A stretch of DNA of 64,000 nt from Leptogorgia sarmentosa (taxonomy: Eukaryota): NCBI GenBank assembly GCA_964658305.1, contig OZ210885.1:15624001-15688000 (forward strand), read 5' to 3'. The notes beneath the pieces were generated by a model. It was given only the letters and a program-made list of their open reading frames with translations. It was not told where the DNA came from and ran no database searches. The position numbers and the translations under genes are program-made. The number at the start of each line of letters is the position of its first letter. The stretch's first letter is position 1. This document shows positions 35,549 to 48,731 of the stretch, one piece after another.

Positions 35549-38500
35549 TTATACCACAAACTTAATACTTTTAATTTGAACCCTCAACAAGTCGGGAAAC
35601 ATCAGAGCTATTACTTCCAGAAAATCGAGACAAAGACTGCTGTACAAGATCAGCAGTTTTTTTGGTATTGGCTTCATTGCAATTGATGCTGCAATATTCT
35701 TTGGATGCTCTTTGGAAATAACCACTTTACGTTTTATACTTTCATCATCATCAATTCTTTTCTGCAGAATTCGGACAGCAAGAGTGGACCAAAAATCATA
35801 TGTCTTAGACTCCTTGACAGTCACAATTCTCCAATTTTTGGATCTTTTGCTGTAAACTTTATTATATTTTACTTTGGCAGTTACTGCTGCTTTTCTAAAC
35901 ACATGGTTGTTGTGGTCGATAGCAGCCAAAATGGTTCTCCCAACAAAGGCATCATTCCTGAGAAAATATAGTAGGTGCACATGAACATTTGAGGTAAATA
36001 TGTTTATGTACTATTTACAATATTCATTATTCTTACTGGAATCCAACTCTTTTGGGTACATATTTCAATAGCATTGAGTTGAAATTTTCAAGTTTGCTTG
36101 TGTATCTATATTTAGAGGAGAACATAAGAATTATAATAGTTTTCAGAAAACATAGTAACTTTTTCTAATACAGCAAGTAAAAGAGCATCAAATGTAGACT
36201 GCATGTTAACTCACTGCATACCTGAATGTAACATAATGATGTAAACTCTTTAAGAATCGTGGGTCAAGGACAACCTTTCGAACAGCTTCCAATGCCTTCG
36301 AATTCTTGTTAAAGTATGTTTTCCCTTCTTCGTTGGCAACCAGTGGACCATGCTGGCACTCACCATCAACCCATTCATGCTCACCAACAATGTGGTGCAA
36401 CACGCCAAACCAGATGTGCTGAAAACAGATAAAAAATATTAAAATAATTATTCCTTATTTTTCTACGCGACATATACCAAGGTATGCAGCAGGAACAGTT
36501 TTGAAAAATGTTTTATCTATAGTCTAAGTATGTTTAGCAATAGCTTATGGGATTGTTAAATTGTTACTTTTGAATTTGATACCTTCAGTTTCCCTTCATC
36601 ACAACCACAGTTTTCACAAGCAAACCAGAAATGATTCCTTATGGGTTCTGACCATTCAGCAATTTCCTCACATCCCTTGACTTTAGCTGCCTGTATTCAA
36701 AATATTGAATTCATAGTGATAACATTTTCCAGGGGCATCACTAGAGTGTTAGTTGGGGGTGTAAGTATTCATATAGGAGTGGGCTGTAAGTGTTCATATG
36801 TTTGTGTTCTGCCCAACAGATTTCTTTTGAAATGAATCGTTTTAAAATTCATTTGAAAAGAAATTAGTCACCCAGACTACATGTCACCCCCTCCCCCCCT
36901 GCCAATTAACGCTCTTGTGACGCCCCCGCTGTTCTCGATAATAACTTATTGTGCAATAAACTATTTCACAAAGAAGTATACACTACTATACTTTGGCAAG
37001 TTTCTTTGTCAACTTGACAGACTTATGCCAGACATCTAATGCATGAAAAAGATGGGAATATGCATTAGGATACTTTTCTAGGAATAAATAAAAAATAGAA
37101 AACGTAAATTGTCAGAGCTATTTTTACGTAAAAATAATAAAGATGTCTATCATCTATCACTTTTTTCATAATGATTTCACATTGTCCAAAGTAGTCTAAC
37201 ATGATCTCAAACCAGAATATTTATAGAGTTTTAATAATACCTTTCAACTTCCTAACCATGGCAATAACTGCAGCTGAAGCATCAGTAACCAATTCTGACA
37301 TAACAATGTTGCCAACTAATCTTTCCATAATTCGTTTTAGCCCTAGGACTTCCATGTTGGTTGAAACACCTCCTGTTTCACGCTTGTCAACAACTTCCAC
37401 ATCCACAATGATTTTCAAAAATTGCTCCATCAGTGCATACATGCAATATTTTGCACTATGTCCTGGGGAGTCATTCCGTCCATCCCCACACAATATAACA
37501 GATTCCCCAGAAAGAATGTCCCAGATTTCCAATTTCATTTGCTCCCAATACCTCTTCAACTCGGGAACAGTGATATGTGTTTGTACTCGATTGTATGTGG
37601 ATTTCGAAATAAGCCTGAGTCCCAGAAACCTGCCAAATAATGCCATTTTGTCAAAGCTGTTTCCTGATATTAGGACACCAGCTGCTATCAACATTGAGGT
37701 TACAAAAATATCTTGTCCTCCATGGTAACAGAGTACTCTTGAAGATTTCCAGCTTCCAATATGGCCTTCGGAACACTTCCACGACACTATTAGAATTGGT
37801 ATTCAAAACTTTACTTTTCCCAGAACATGATAATGTTTGGCAACTTTTATTAAAAAGTTCCAATAATAATGATACATCCACAATCACACGATCTTGCTGG
37901 TAGTGCTCATTGCATACACTGTTTCGTTTCTCATTGTTATTGAGGATGGTGAATGCTGTTTTCATTTCTTGTAAGAGCCTTTTATTCTGTCTTGACATGA
38001 TTCTGCTTTATGCTCAAGACTTTCAAATTCTTCGGAATAACTTATATCCATGTCCTGCTCTCCTTGTGTGACATTGGTGTCCATTGGAACTGTGGTGTTC
38101 ACATCTGGCATTTCAGATTCCTCTTCCAACTGAGTAGCGCTCAATGTTCGTTCTTCAATGTCATCATCTGAACTATAATGCAAACAATGATACGAGCTTT
38201 ACTTACAATTGGATCTTAAGAGATGCTATAAAATCCCCAACCTAATCATGGCCATTATTAATATAAAAAAAGTTTGGTTACATAATAGATGAATACATAC
38301 ATGAGATAAGCTTATACTCACATTTCTTCCCCTCCCCTCCAATTGGACATTACAAAATAAAAAAATGTAGGCTTAAACATACCTTTCAAGCTCGTCATTG
38401 CTCCAGAGTTCACTAGAGTGGCCATCCTCGCTGGTACTGTTGCTTGAATAACTATTTATAACAATTTGTAGAAATTTTCATATTATGCTATTATATCATG

Positions 38501-39354
38501 CCAGACCTGACTGGACATACGTAGCTCTTGCCTGTCTTACAGTACATAGAGTTGTGAGTTGAGAATTAGAAATTTTACACTTAACTTTACATGGGCTTGT
38601 TTTTGACAGCCTAAATGGGTATTCAGCAAATACACTGAATACATGCCAATGTGAATGTTTACACTAGCTTATAAACCGATCACAAAGGTTTACTATTTAG
38701 TACGAATATCAATCATATATCGAAGAACAACAATTCTTTGCAAATATAAAGTTAATACCTTATCTTGTCAGACTCGAGGTCAGACTCTGTCTCTGAGCTG
38801 GACGAATTCTCCGACGATGGATCTCCGAAGTGCAGTCCAAATTCATTGTTTATGAGTTGTGAAACACTCTCCATTCTGCTAATATTTAACGCTGAAACAC
38901 CCTCCACTTTGCTCATATTCACAACGTCACCAGGGTAGGAAATTGGTGAAACCAGAGGTTGTTGATCGGTTCTTATTCGGCTGGTTTTATGTGGTGTTGA
39001 GTGCATTGGCAATCTTTGTTCTAAAATAGCAGCCGAATTTACCAGAATATATAAATACTGTATAAGGAAAACAACACATAACATAGGCAATAAAATATGT
39101 TTTAATTTCCACTTACCAACACCAGCAGAACTCAAGTTACTTTCGTATTCGTCCTCGGTGAAATTCAGCAACAAGTGCATTGCAAATTCGCTGTGGGTCT
39201 TCGTGGAAAAGCCCAGGGAATCTTTCCTAGCTAACCATATCTGATATACATCTTTCCTCAACTTAACCCTCGTTATTCCTTCCTCATTCCTTGGCCTTCC
39301 GTACTTTGGTAGTGAAGGACCTGGCTTGCTAGTAGAAGCAGACATAGCCTCCAT
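35549..39354 (-). pseudogene. Kolobok DDE transposase, multi-exon
   Basis: GDGRNDSPGHSAKYC, MEVLGL, LVTDAS, DVWHK, IRNHFW, HHIVGEHEW...CQHGPL, LENFNS..LKY.PKR, LAAIDHN. Confidence 0.88.
36730..36928. mobile_element. Old hAT-like MITE in a Kolobok intron
   Basis: Imperfect 27-bp TIR CAGGGGCATCACTAGAGTGTTAGTTGG / CCAATTAACGCTCTTGTGACGCCCCCG; TSD not recognisable. Confidence 0.6.
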
Positions 39355-39974
39355 TTTGGGGTGCCCGAAAAATGGCTGAAATTGGCTGAATGAGCGCGCA
39401 ATGCATTACCGTGAGACTCATTCTTTAATATTAATAATATATGTACACTTAATAATTAATATCAACTGAAGAACTTTACCATTAGTAAGGTGATTATCTG
39501 AGAGTAATGGTCTGGTTACTTCCGTAGTTTCATCATTTTTTAAAACAGCGTCATCAACAGACCCATCAACATCTTGATCAATACTTATGCTCTTATCTAC
39601 ATCATTTGTAAAATCTGATTTCTGATGTTCCTGTAGAGAAATAAGTTAAGGGTTAATGCTAAGAGTATTTTAGACTGAACTCAGTGGAGACATTCCGAGA
39701 CAAGAGTATATACTAAATGCAAACTTACTATGGCGATATTACCAATTGTCAGTATGAACTTTATAATTGTTTCAACGTTTCAGCAGGCAAACCTGAGAAT
39801 GTTTGCCTGGCATCATGGCATGTAAAAGCATACATGTAGAACTAGCACAAAAATAAAATGCTACCTCAACATTGATGCCAGTCGTATCATCGTCATCGTG
39901 ATTCCATTCGTGATTAAGTTCACCTGAATCACATTCGGCAGTTAAACTATCGTTATCAACTGATCTATCTGCAC

Positions 39975-41149
39975 TTGTATAACTATGATTATACCATGCC
40001 CTTGACCCGCCGTCTACAGCAGAGGAAAATTGACATTGTGAGATCTCTCCAGTGCATTAATTTGATAAGGGAAACCATTAATGAACTTTGTGCTAATGTT
40101 GAAGAAATTAACGAAAAATTTTACCAGCAAGCAGTTGAGATGGCAAAGAAGATTAAAGTTGATGAAAGTGTTCCACGCTTGTGTAAAGTTCAGACGTCAC
40201 ATGAGAATTATTTGGTGCCAACACCATGTGATTATTATCGAGTTAAGTTGACCATCCCGCTCCTTGATCACCTGAAAGAAGAGATAGAGGACCGATTCCC
40301 ACCACACAAATGCAACCTTTACAATGGCTTTTACACTGTGCCGAGCATTCTTCTCAATTGCAAAGATGTATGTTGGAAAACAGAATTCCTAAAGTTCGCA
40401 TCCGCATACAAGGAATACATGCCTAGCTACAGAGAAATATCGTCCGAACTGGATATGTGGGAAACAAATTGGAAGAAGGAGATTGTAAACGCCAAGTGCG
40501 ATTCAGTAGCTGACACCCTAACGCATATAGACGAGATCGCCTTTCCAAATATTTACGTAGCTATGAAAATCCTTGCTGTCACACCTGTCACTACATGTGA
40601 GTGCGAGAGGGCCGTTTCTGGTCTTCGTCGTATAAAAACGTGGTTGAGAAATACAATGGCCAATGAAAGGCTAAATGGATTGGCGAGAATGCACATCAAC
40701 AACGATATCGAAATTAATATCGACGATGTCGTAGATTTCTTTGCACGACAGAATCCCACCCGAATGAGGTTCCTTGATATATTCGATGATTTTACAGAAG
40801 AACAACAGAAATAATCTACTTAAGTTTGCTATTTCAAGATGAATTACAAGATATTTGTAATCTGATTCCTGCCAAAATGCGATCTGCTGCTGTTGGAAGA
40901 CATTTTCCCTTGAACATTTTTCTCATTATTAATCGTGTCACCCTGCTGCTGTTGGAGGAAATCTACCTTTGAACATTGTACTTATTAAACTTATCCTCAT
41001 CATCCTGCCGCTGTTGGTGGAAATCTACCTTTGAACATTGTACTTATTAAACTTATCCTCATCATCCTGCTGCTGTTGAAGGAACCCCCTTACATTGGTG
41101 TAGGTCTTTATCCGGGCACCCGTCAAACAATTTGCTGGATCCGCCCCTG
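39975..41149 (+). mobile_element. 3' fragment of a second hAT (THAP12/P52rIPK-like transposase C-terminus, 39975-40814) with right TIR
   Basis: LDHL..EIEDRF; FPNI...KIL...PVTTCECER.VS.LRRIKTWLRNTM...RLNGLA; ends CTGGATCCGCCCCTG. Confidence 0.88.
40884..41098. repeat. ~60-bp subterminal tandem repeat x ~3.5
   Basis: CTGCTGCTGTTGG.GGAAATCTACCTTTGAACATT... recurs four times. Confidence 0.85.
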
Positions 41150-41309
41150 TCTTAATATAGGCTTTAATTGTTTGTCTTTGTTTGAACGTACCAAAATGAT
41201 CACTGCCAAAAGTCGTAGCGTTGCAGCCACTACGCCAAAACACGAGTTTTCGCGTCGGTGACTCAAATGGGGCAACATTGCAAACTGCACGATCAGCAAA
41301 AACTAGATC

Positions 41310-43453
41310 CTCCTATATAAGAAAAATGATAGACTAGTTGTCAAGATTTGGCGACCAATTTCTCTTTTATGTACCGACTACAAAATCTTATCTGTCATTT
41401 CTGAATCCCAAGCCTGTGGTGTTCCTGGACGTTTCTCGGGTCTGAATGTCAGGGCACTGCAGTATCCAGTTAATCATTGTAATAATAACAATACTGGGGG
41501 TGCCATCAAATCAGTGGATCAAGAAAAGGCTTTTGATCGGGTTGATTGGGGGTTTATGCTGCGGGTTTTAGAGCAAATGAATTTTGTTCCGTCCTTTTGT
41601 GGGTGGGTCAAGCTCTTGTATACAAATATCTTTTCCCGTGTTTTAGCAAATGGGTTAACCAGTGGCGCTTTTAGTGTCACTCGGGGAGTTCGTCAGGGGT
41701 GTCCTGTCTCTCCTTTGCTATACATCATTGTGGCTGAAACCATCTTGTGTGCCATGAAGAAGGATTCGAGCGTCGACGGCTTCCAGTTGCCGAATGGTGA
41801 GAATGTAAAAATTTTCCAGTATGCAGACGATACATCTGTCATTGTCCATTCGGAGTTTGCCCTCCGGTCACTCTTTTCTCTTTTTGAACGTTACGAGCAG
41901 GCTTCCTGTGCGAAACCTAATGTCAATAAAAGTCATAGTCTTCTTTTTGGGTCCTGGAAGGGCCGGGCTGATCTGCGATCTACTGGTACAATTCAACTAG
42001 ACAAGCGACACTATCACCGTGTTGGGTTGTCACATAGCGAATGTAGAGGGAGCCGACTGGAACACCTTGGTGGAGAAGCTGGAACGACAGTTGGGTGTCT
42101 GGAAACAGATTGTCATTTCGGGGAAGAGCGCTGATTGTCAACACTAGGTCTGTCACTATTTTGGTACCAGGCGACGGCCTTCGATATGCCAAAAGTACTT
42201 GTGGCTAAAGTAAACAAAATTGTTTTCCCTTTTGTTTGGGGTAAGAAGCGGGAGTGGATGGCTCGTACATCCGTTGTTTAGCCCACCAGTGAGGGTGGCC
42301 TGAATGTTACTGACATCACCCATAAACTTTTGTCCCTCCGTGCCGTTTGGCTTGCTCGGTTTTTTCTTCACAATACACACCCCTGGTCCTCTCTTTTTTC
42401 ACGGTCCGTCGCTGATGTTTTTGGTCAGTCAGTGCCGGAAGTACTCGCCGGCGACCCTCTGCCAGCGTACCTTATTAAAAAACTTCCTCCCTGCTATCGG
42501 GGTGTGTTCATTGCGTGGGTCCTTAAGGGCAGGAGCGAGCAGGGTGAGTGGGTCACCCTCGTCCTTCTGGGCAGCTACTCCCCATTACTGAGCTAACCGC
42601 TCGTACAGGGTATTCCCTGCTCCGGCGCTGTTGAGCATCAATCTGTAAGTTTCGCGAGTGGGGTATTGACGTCCCATGGCCAGCTGCGTGGGCCTCGTTA
42701 CACCTTTGGCGTTTCGTGCGAGTCGTTCAAGACACTGCATGGCTGTCCTTCCATGGAATTCTGCCCACAGCTGATTGTTTGGTCCGTTTTGGGATGAGAG
42801 TGGACCCGCTGTGTTTTTGTGGTGCACAAGAGAGTTTACTGCACCTATTCACCTCTTGCCCCTTTTCGGCTTCTGCCATCGACTGGTTCCAGTCAATTTT
42901 TCACAAATCTCAGCCAAATGCTCCTCCGCTCCCAGTGAATACTATTTTATTTGGCTTCATATCCAATAGCCATGTGCCTGTTGTATTTTCTGCCCTGCTG
43001 GGCATGCTGCGACACCAAATTTGGCTAAGCTGCAACGATCAACGTTTCAATCATATTGCCCCAGATGTTACAACCACTCTGAAGAAAGCAAAGACCACCT
43101 TTCGCTTTCTGGTATGTATGCACAAGCGCCATTGCCCGTGAGACACCTTTGTCCGGGACGGGCTGGCAGATGGCATAATTGGCTCGCACACTGAGCAAGA
43201 TTGGATACGATTCACATGGGACTTCATCACCTAAGTTCTCCTTCTTCTCTCGTCCTTCTCTCCCTTCCTTTTTTCGTTTTCTTTGTGTTTGATGTAGTGG
43301 TCTAGGGGCTCGACGGTCGCCTTTACTGGTTGTACTGCTTGTATTGGATAGCAATTTTCGCCCTGTGGTTCACTTGGACTTGTTCCGAGTGGGTTGCACA
43401 GGTTTTAATCTAGGGGTTGGAGTTGACAAGCCCGTCGTCTTTCAACTCAAAAT
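41310..43453 (+). mobile_element. 5'-truncated, degraded Tx1/L1-clade non-LTR retrotransposon
   Basis: WRPISLLCTDYKIL, DQEKAFDRVDW, GVRQGCPVSPLLY, QYADDT, zinc-binding C.FCG..ESLLHLF.SCP; multiple frameshifts. Confidence 0.88.
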
Positions 43454-44044
43454 AAGGTCAAATGTATTAAATACAATCTATTCAGAAGTTGCACGTTTTG
43501 CCTGTCAATGAAATTAAAAGTGTGGTGTACTTTAGCTCATATATAGCAAGCACAATGCGGTGGATGCGCAAAATTCACACGGGTGGATGCGTCGCAGGTT
43601 TTACTTTTAGTTATGCCGGAGCTGCATGTTCTTTGGAACAAGTTAACTTTTGAAATGTAGCAGGCGTAATCTCGTAACATTCGCCTCGACTGCAGGAATT
43701 TCCTGACTGAAAGTACCAGCTATTGTAAGTCACACCAAAGAGGATTTGTCTCAGTGTCGTAGTGTAATGTTCGCTGATAAACTAATGTAAAAACTAGATT
43801 TGCATTTGTAGGATAATTAGTTCCTGTAGATGTAAATTGTAATTTGACAGTGATATAATGACAATGCATTAGTTATCTCATAAGTATGCCGTGTTTATAA
43901 TTTTTTTGTGAACCACTCTTTATATATATACTCTGTTACATATCCTACTTGGTATATATATATATATACAATTGGCAAATGGTTTGAGAGCGCTCAATAC
44001 CATTATAGGTAGAGCGAATATTTATTTATTAAAGGTAAAATTAG

Positions 44045-44096
44045 CTGTCGCTACTCAGAGTTTCACGCGGAAACGCGATCATCAGGCAACTGACAG
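44045..44096 (-). ncRNA. Type I hammerhead ribozyme (inverted Penelope copy)
   Basis: Reverse complement of the 46255-46306 motif. Confidence 0.85.
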
Positions 44097-44118
44097 GTCT
44101 GACCTAAATATACTCTAT

Positions 44119-45970
44119 TTACATTGGCGTTGTATAGTTGCTTATGAGGTATCGTGTTACATGTCGGCATTTGCTAAAAAGTTCTGTGCGTTTGTTCAAT
44201 AAATTATTGTTTCTGTTCTTAAGTATACAGAGTTTTTCCTCTAAACATAGGCGGCATCCTCTTGCGCCAGCTCTGTAAACGGGGACTTTCTTGATCAGAG
44301 ACCATTTGATGGAAAAAGCGCGCTTTGCTTCCTTGAGTTTCCACACGTGCTTAGATAGCTCGGTGTCGTGTGCGTACTTCTTGTGATTGATGGACTTGAA
44401 GTGGTTTCGGTAACGACACTTGAATTTCCCGCCGGTTATTCCGATATATGATTTGGTTTCATTGTTGTCAGCTGTAGAAACGTCGGCTTGATATATCACG
44501 CTTTCTGAGAGGCATTTGCCTTCGACCGGGCATGCGTCACGTTGTCTGCAGTTGCAATGTCGAGGGTTGTTGTGTTGTGTGTTGGCTGTTGTGTTGTTTG
44601 TAGAAGGTGTTTGTTTGTTGTGTTGGTTGAGTATTTTGTTGTTGTGCTTGCTAATAAAGTTTTCCATGTTTTGGAGACAGCTGTAACTAACACGAACAGT
44701 GTGGCGGTTAAAAATTTTGTGGAGCTTATTGGAGGGTGGAAAATGTTTGTCGAGAAGCTGCAAAAAGTTTTGTCCAATGTTCGAGGACACGTTCTTGCTG
44801 TAAGGTGGATTGTACCATATTGTGTTACGTTGTCTGTTTCGTCGTTGTTTTTCGTTGCTGTTGGAATTGTTGGTTTCGTTGTTGGCATTTGGTTCGTATG
44901 TCAGATTTGTGTGGAAGTTACTACGTTTTAACGCGTCGTTATACAGTGGGGCGGCAGCGTCAAATGTCGTTTTGTCACATGAAAGCTTGTTGATACGTTT
45001 GTTAACAGAAGTAGGCAGTTGTCGGAGTATGGAAGGAGGGTGGTTAGATGAGCGGTTAATATAGAGTGGGTCGTTGTTCGGTTTTCTATAAGGTTTATAC
45101 GTACCGTCTGTGAGGTCAAAAGTGATGTCGAGAAAGTTTACCTGTCTTAGGTTTGCTTCAGCTGTGATTTTTAGTCCAAAATTGCTGAAGATCTGGATTA
45201 GGTCTTTGCGCGCTTTGTCTCCTAGTCGACCAGAGGTGGTGTTAATTGCTGCCAAACCGTCGTCACGATACAGGCCTACGTTGGTGCCGAAGCGCTTCTC
45301 CAATGCGCTGAGGATGAAGAGACCTACTAACTCGCAGATTTCAGCGCCGTCATAACTGCCCATTGTAACGTCGAACGAACTTGACGAGTTTCGTTTTGTC
45401 CATGCTTGACCGTTGTTAAAAAGTAGCGATTGCCTAGCGTGTTTGATAATCTTTATGTCGGATTCCGGAATCGGCGTGAATTGTTTGCCCCAGTTGATGG
45501 CGTCATCTAACAATTGCTCGGTAATTGAGGGATAAAAGTCGACAATGTCAAATGATAATAATGTTTGTTTGTGTTTGTTATTAAGACCTGAAAACCACGC
45601 GATGGTATCGTCGGAGTTGCGCCATTGGTTGCTTAGAGTTTGGTTGCGAATTTCATTGTTGATTTTGTCGAGAATAATTTTACTGACCTTTCCGAGATTG
45701 CTTTTAGCGGGGTTGATTAATCTGCATTGCGGGTGGTTTTCAAAGTTGTCTTTGTGGTCTTTAAGGGAGATGAAAGCTTTGGATTGTGCCATGGGCTCGA
45801 TGCGGTTGCTTATTTTCAGTGTGTCAGATATGTGTTTGAGTTCATTGTTAATAGCGTTGATGGTGTCATCCTGAGCCAGCTTATATGTTTTGGTGACATT
45901 TTCGGTTACAAGCTTCGTGTACGCTGGGGCGCTCATTTCATACATGTTCCTTGTTTTGTCGGCTGGGATA
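44119..45970 (-). pseudogene. 5'-truncated Penelope RT/GIY-YIG ORF (inverted copy)
   Basis: Translation nearly identical to 46806-48657. Confidence 0.93.
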
Positions 45971-46254
45971 GACGCACGCACACGACACCGAGCTATCTAA
46001 GCACGTGTGGAAACTCAAGGAAGCAAAGCGCGCTTTTTCCATCAAATGGTCTCTGATCAAGAAAGTCCCCGTTTACAGAGCTGGCGCAAGAGGATGCCGC
46101 CTATGTTTAGAGGAAAAACTCTGTATACTTAAGAACAGAAACAATAATTTATTGAACAAACGCACAGAACTTTTTAGCAAATGCCGACATGTAACACGAT
46201 ACCTCATAAGCAACTATACAACACCAATGTAAATAGAGTATATTTAGGTCAGAC

Positions 46255-46306
46255 CTGTCAGTTGCCTGATGATCGCGTTTCCGCGTGAAACTCTGAGTAG
46301 CGACAG
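46255..46306 (+). ncRNA. Type I hammerhead ribozyme in the upstream pLTR
   Basis: CTGTCAGTTGC-CTGATGA-TCGCG TTTC CGCGT-GAAAC-TCTGA-GTA-GCGACAG: conserved core, stem II, minimal stem III, GUA cleavage triplet. Confidence 0.88.
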
Positions 46307-46470
46307 CTAATTTTACCTTTAATAAATAAATATTCGCTCTACCTATAATGGTATTGAGCGCTCTCAAACCATTTGCCAATTGTGTGACTCTGTTACATAT
46401 CCTACTTGGTATTACTTCGCTCCTAATCCTAGTTGAGCGCTCTCTTTGGCTTGGTATCAGCACGGTGAAA

Positions 46471-48657
46471 ATGCAGCAGATCCGATTCAATTATTCTCTA
46501 AAGAACATTGGCCTTCCAACTCACGACGAATACAGACGAAACATTATAGACAAAACTGAAAGCGTTATCCACCGAATGCGATGGAAAGCGCACTTCTTCC
46601 TACACGGCGACGACAACAAAACGCAGAAACCTCCGACATATGGCTTAAAGTCCAAGCGCAGCCCACCACCAGTTCCCGAGTTGAAACACTTTGAAGAAGA
46701 AATTATTCATATGATTGAGAATATCAAATTCCAACCAGTCAACGACGAATTTATACAATCCCTTGAAGACGACAAGAAACGCATCAAATCATCAAACAAC
46801 ATGTTTATCCCAGCCGACAAAACAAGGAACATGTATGAAATGAGCGCCCCAGCGTACACGAAGCTTGTAACCGAAAATGTCACCAAAACATATAAGCTGG
46901 CTCAGAATGACACCATCAATGCTATTAACAATGAACTCAAACACATATCTGACACACTGAAAATAAGCAACTGCATCGAGCCCATGGCACAATCCAAAGC
47001 TTTCATCTCCCTTAAAGACCACAAAGACAACTTTGAAAACCACCCGCAATGCAGATTAATCAACCCCGCTAAAAGCAATCTCGGAAAGGTCAGTAAAATT
47101 ATTCTCGACAAAATCAACAATGAAATTCGCAACCAAACTCTAAGCAACCAATGGCGCAACTCCGACGATACCATCGCGTGGTTTTCAGGTCTTAATAACA
47201 AACACAAACAAACATTATTATCATTTGACATTGTCGACTTTTATCCCTCAATTACCGAGCAATTGTTAGATGACGCCATCAACTGGGGCAAACAATTCAC
47301 GCCGATTCCGGAATCCGACATAAAGATTATCAAACACGCTAGGCAATCGCTACTTTTTAACAACGGTCAAGCATGGACAAAACGAAACTCGTCAAGTTCG
47401 TTCGACGTTACAATGGGCAGTTATGACGGCGCTGAAATCTGCGAGTTAGTAGGTCTCTTCATCCTCAGCGCATTGGAGAAGCGCTTCGGCACCAACGTAG
47501 GCCTGTATCGTGACGACGGTTTGGCAGCAATTAACACCACCTCTGGTCGACTAGGAGACAAAGCGCGCAAAGACCTAATCCAGATCTTCGGCAATTTTGG
47601 ACTAAAAATCACAGCTGAAGCAAACCTAAGACGGGTAAACTTTCTCGACATCACTTTTGACCTCACAGACGGTACGTATAAACCTTATAGAAAACCGAAC
47701 AACGACCCACTCTATATTAACCGCTCATCTAACCACCCTCCTTCCATACTCCGACAACTGCCTACTTCTGTTAACAAACGTATCAACAAGCTTTCATGTG
47801 ACAAAACGACATTTGACGCTGCCGCCCCACTGTATAACGACGCGTTAAAACGTAGTAACTTCCACACAAATCTGACATACGAACCAAATGCCAACAACGA
47901 AACCAACAATTCCAACAGCAACGAAAAACAACGACGAAACAGACAACGTAACACAATATGGTACAATCCACCTTACAGCAAGAACGTGTCCTCGAACATT
48001 GGACAAAACTTTTTGCAGCTTCTCGACAAACATTTTCCACCCTCCAATAAGCTCCACAAAATTTTTAACCGCCACACCGTTCGTGTTAGTTACAGCTGTC
48101 TCCAAAACATGGAAAACTTTATTAGCAAGCACAACAACAAAATACTCAACCAACACAACAAACAAACACCTTCTACAAACAACACAACAGCCAACACACA
48201 ACACAACAACCCTCGACATTGCAACTGCAGACAACGTGACGCATGCCCGGTCGAAGGCAAATGCCTCTCAGAAAGCGTGATATATCAAGCCGACGTTTCT
48301 ACAGCTGACAACAATGAAACCAAATCATATATCGGAATAACCGGCGGGAAATTCAAGTGTCGTTACCGAAACCACATCAAGTCCATCAATCACAAGAAGT
48401 ACGCACACGACACCGAGCTATCTAAGCACGTGTGGAAACTCAAGGAAGCAAAGCGCGCTTTTTCCATCAAATGGTCTCTGATCAAGAAAGTCCCCGTTTA
48501 CAGAGCTGGCGCAAGAGGATGCCGCCTATGTTTAGAGGAAAAACTCTGTATACTTAAGAACAGAAACAATAATTTATTGAACAAACGCACAGAACTTTTT
48601 AGCAAATGCCGACATGTAACACGATACCTCATAAGCAACTATACAACGCCAATGTAA
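46471..48657 (+). CDS. Penelope-like reverse transcriptase + GIY-YIG endonuclease, apparently intact
   Basis: YSLKNI, PADKT, CRLINP, FDIVDFYPSI, MGSYDG, YRDDG, VNFLDITF, CNC...CP..G.CL, VIYQA...YIGIT....K.RY.NH, C.LC..EK. ATG taken at MQQIRF (frame open from 46348). Confidence 0.95.
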   Translation: MQQIRFNYSLKNIGLPTHDEYRRNIIDKTESVIHRMRWKAHFFLHGDDNKTQKPPTYGLKSKRSPPPVPELKHFEEEIIHMIENIKFQPVNDEFIQSLEDDKKRIKSSNNMFIPADKTRNMYEMSAPAYTKLVTENVTKTYKLAQNDTINAINNELKHISDTLKISNCIEPMAQSKAFISLKDHKDNFENHPQCRLINPAKSNLGKVSKIILDKINNEIRNQTLSNQWRNSDDTIAWFSGLNNKHKQTLLSFDIVDFYPSITEQLLDDAINWGKQFTPIPESDIKIIKHARQSLLFNNGQAWTKRNSSSSFDVTMGSYDGAEICELVGLFILSALEKRFGTNVGLYRDDGLAAINTTSGRLGDKARKDLIQIFGNFGLKITAEANLRRVNFLDITFDLTDGTYKPYRKPNNDPLYINRSSNHPPSILRQLPTSVNKRINKLSCDKTTFDAAAPLYNDALKRSNFHTNLTYEPNANNETNNSNSNEKQRRNRQRNTIWYNPPYSKNVSSNIGQNFLQLLDKHFPPSNKLHKIFNRHTVRVSYSCLQNMENFISKHNNKILNQHNKQTPSTNNTTANTQHNNPRHCNCRQRDACPVEGKCLSESVIYQADVSTADNNETKSYIGITGGKFKCRYRNHIKSINHKKYAHDTELSKHVWKLKEAKRAFSIKWSLIKKVPVYRAGARGCRLCLEEKLCILKNRNNNLLNKRTELFSKCRHVTRYLISNYTTPM

Positions 48658-48679
48658 ATAGAGTATATTTAGGTCAGAC

Positions 48680-48731
48680 CTGTCAGTTGCCTGATGATCG
48701 CGTTTCCGCGTGAAACTCTGAGTAGCGACAG
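48680..48731 (+). ncRNA. Type I hammerhead ribozyme in the 3' pLTR
   Basis: Same motif as 46255-46306. Confidence 0.88.

Larger units (their letters stand above)
34124..39424 (-). mobile_element. Kolobok DNA transposon, complete
   Basis: Perfect 33-bp TIR AGAATGAGTCTCACGGTAATGCATTGCGCGCTC; TTAA TSD (34120-34123 and 39425-39428); convergent transposase and KolX genes. Confidence 0.93.

Noticed and set aside
44496..48280. Numerous short overlapping/antisense ORFs in the Penelope copies
   Set aside because: Shadow frames of the RT ORF, duplicated because of the inverted repeat.
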